A DNA stretch of 63,787 bases, the filler included, from Rhabdomonas costata (lineage: Eukaryota): NCBI GenBank assembly GCA_019059605.1. It is 45 parts of 45 records of this genome, joined end to end, with 100 filler letters (N's around TTAATTAATTAA, not from the genome) between each part and the next. Parts side by side here need not be neighbours in the genome. Positions count along the whole stretch, not along the records: positions 62,469 to 63,787 come from JAHMHO010019551.1; 44 more parts are not named here. One strand, 5' to 3'. Position 1 is the first letter of the stretch; the number at the start of each line of letters is the position of its first letter. The position numbers and the translations under genes were made by a program. The notes beneath the pieces were generated by a model. It ran no database searches and was not told the DNA's origin. It saw only the letters and a program-made list of their open reading frames with translations. Shown piece by piece: positions 62,890 to 63,787 of this stretch.

Positions 62890-63787
62890 ATGAAGTCGAT
62901 CTTTTGTGTGCCCTCTTCCCCACCAGGTGAGACATGCCTTTCTGGCCCCTTCGCGTCCTCCAGCGTCCTCCTGGAGTATTGTTCAACAATATAGGGTGCC
63001 ACTTCTGACATGTTGTTCCTCTCAGGTCCGGGAGCTTTGCGCTGCTGCAGTGCAGACCTTCCAATGTAAATACTGTAAATTGTAATGCTTTGATGCTGGG
63101 CTGCCCTTGCAGCAAAATGTGTGCTGTTTGGCTTGCCCTATGCGGGCCTCTTCGAAAGTTGTGCTGGACTGCTGTGGTTTTTTGTTTATGTTGTGAATGA
63201 CTGTCACGGCATCACCCCTTTGTCCAGTTCCCCCGCAAACGTTTCGATCCTTTTCGGAAAATTGTCCGCAGTTATAGGCGTCCGTAAGGCATTCGAACGT
63301 TTCTCCTTTGAGGTTGGATATGCGTTGTCAGGAAACATGGCAGCTTTGAATCCTCATCTCACATTTATTCTAGCCATTACAAAATTGCGTCATTTCAGTT
63401 GCGTTTAATTCTCAGCAAACGTTCGAAGGACACCGCCGCTTTCTCAATGTCACACACTGCGCACATGAATCATGAATGTGCTCAGCCCCGCCCAAGCTCT
63501 TTGGTGACCCATAGTCATCCCTGCTGCGTACATAGCAAGCCTTAGCACTGCATGCCATGCCCTTTCTTCTCCTTCAGTTCTTTTGTACTTCAGTTGGAAA
63601 CGTGTGAAAAAGAACGCATTCATCGGAGACCGGGATGAACACCCTGATAAGTGAACCCTGTGGCTTGGCAGAGCTTGCGCCTGCTCTGGGAGCGCAATCA
63701 CTGAGCTTGCAGAAGGTGTCGCTTCTTGGGCAGCAGCCAGTGTATTCGATTGCCGAGTTGAGATTGGTGCACTCCACCCCACCACCC

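Overview
This window is not a continuous locus. It is an artificial concatenation of 45 unlinked ~1.32-kb contigs joined by 44 identical 100-nt spacers (44 N + TTAATTAATTAA + 44 N). Most contigs start with a G/T-only stretch and end with a C/A-only stretch, and at least six carry fold-back inverted repeats at an end, which points to whole-genome amplification with G/T-degenerate primers. The DNA is eukaryotic: GC-rich exons split by GT-AG (and at least one GC-AG) introns with an atypical GTNYG donor. The gene content (many class III nucleotide cyclases, Cache-type ectodomains) suggests a euglenozoan, probably a euglenid; this is inference. Recognisable gene fragments: four class III cyclase domains, two Cache-like receptor ectodomains, a metacaspase with p10 before p20 (type III-like), a PARP catalytic domain with a non-canonical triad, DPH3, DNA polymerase eta, a bacterial-type MetY with introns, a clade D beta-carbonic anhydrase, FkbM methyltransferase, mitochondrial carrier, and kelch, ankyrin, RRM and SGNH proteins. 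There are also decayed Ty3/gypsy and non-LTR retroelements. Because neighbouring contigs are unrelated, no multi-gene system can be inferred from adjacency. The most notable items are the permuted metacaspase, the intron-containing bacterial-type enzymes, and a compositionally foreign contig (7104-8424). All calls come from manual motif recognition and manual splicing; no database searches were run.
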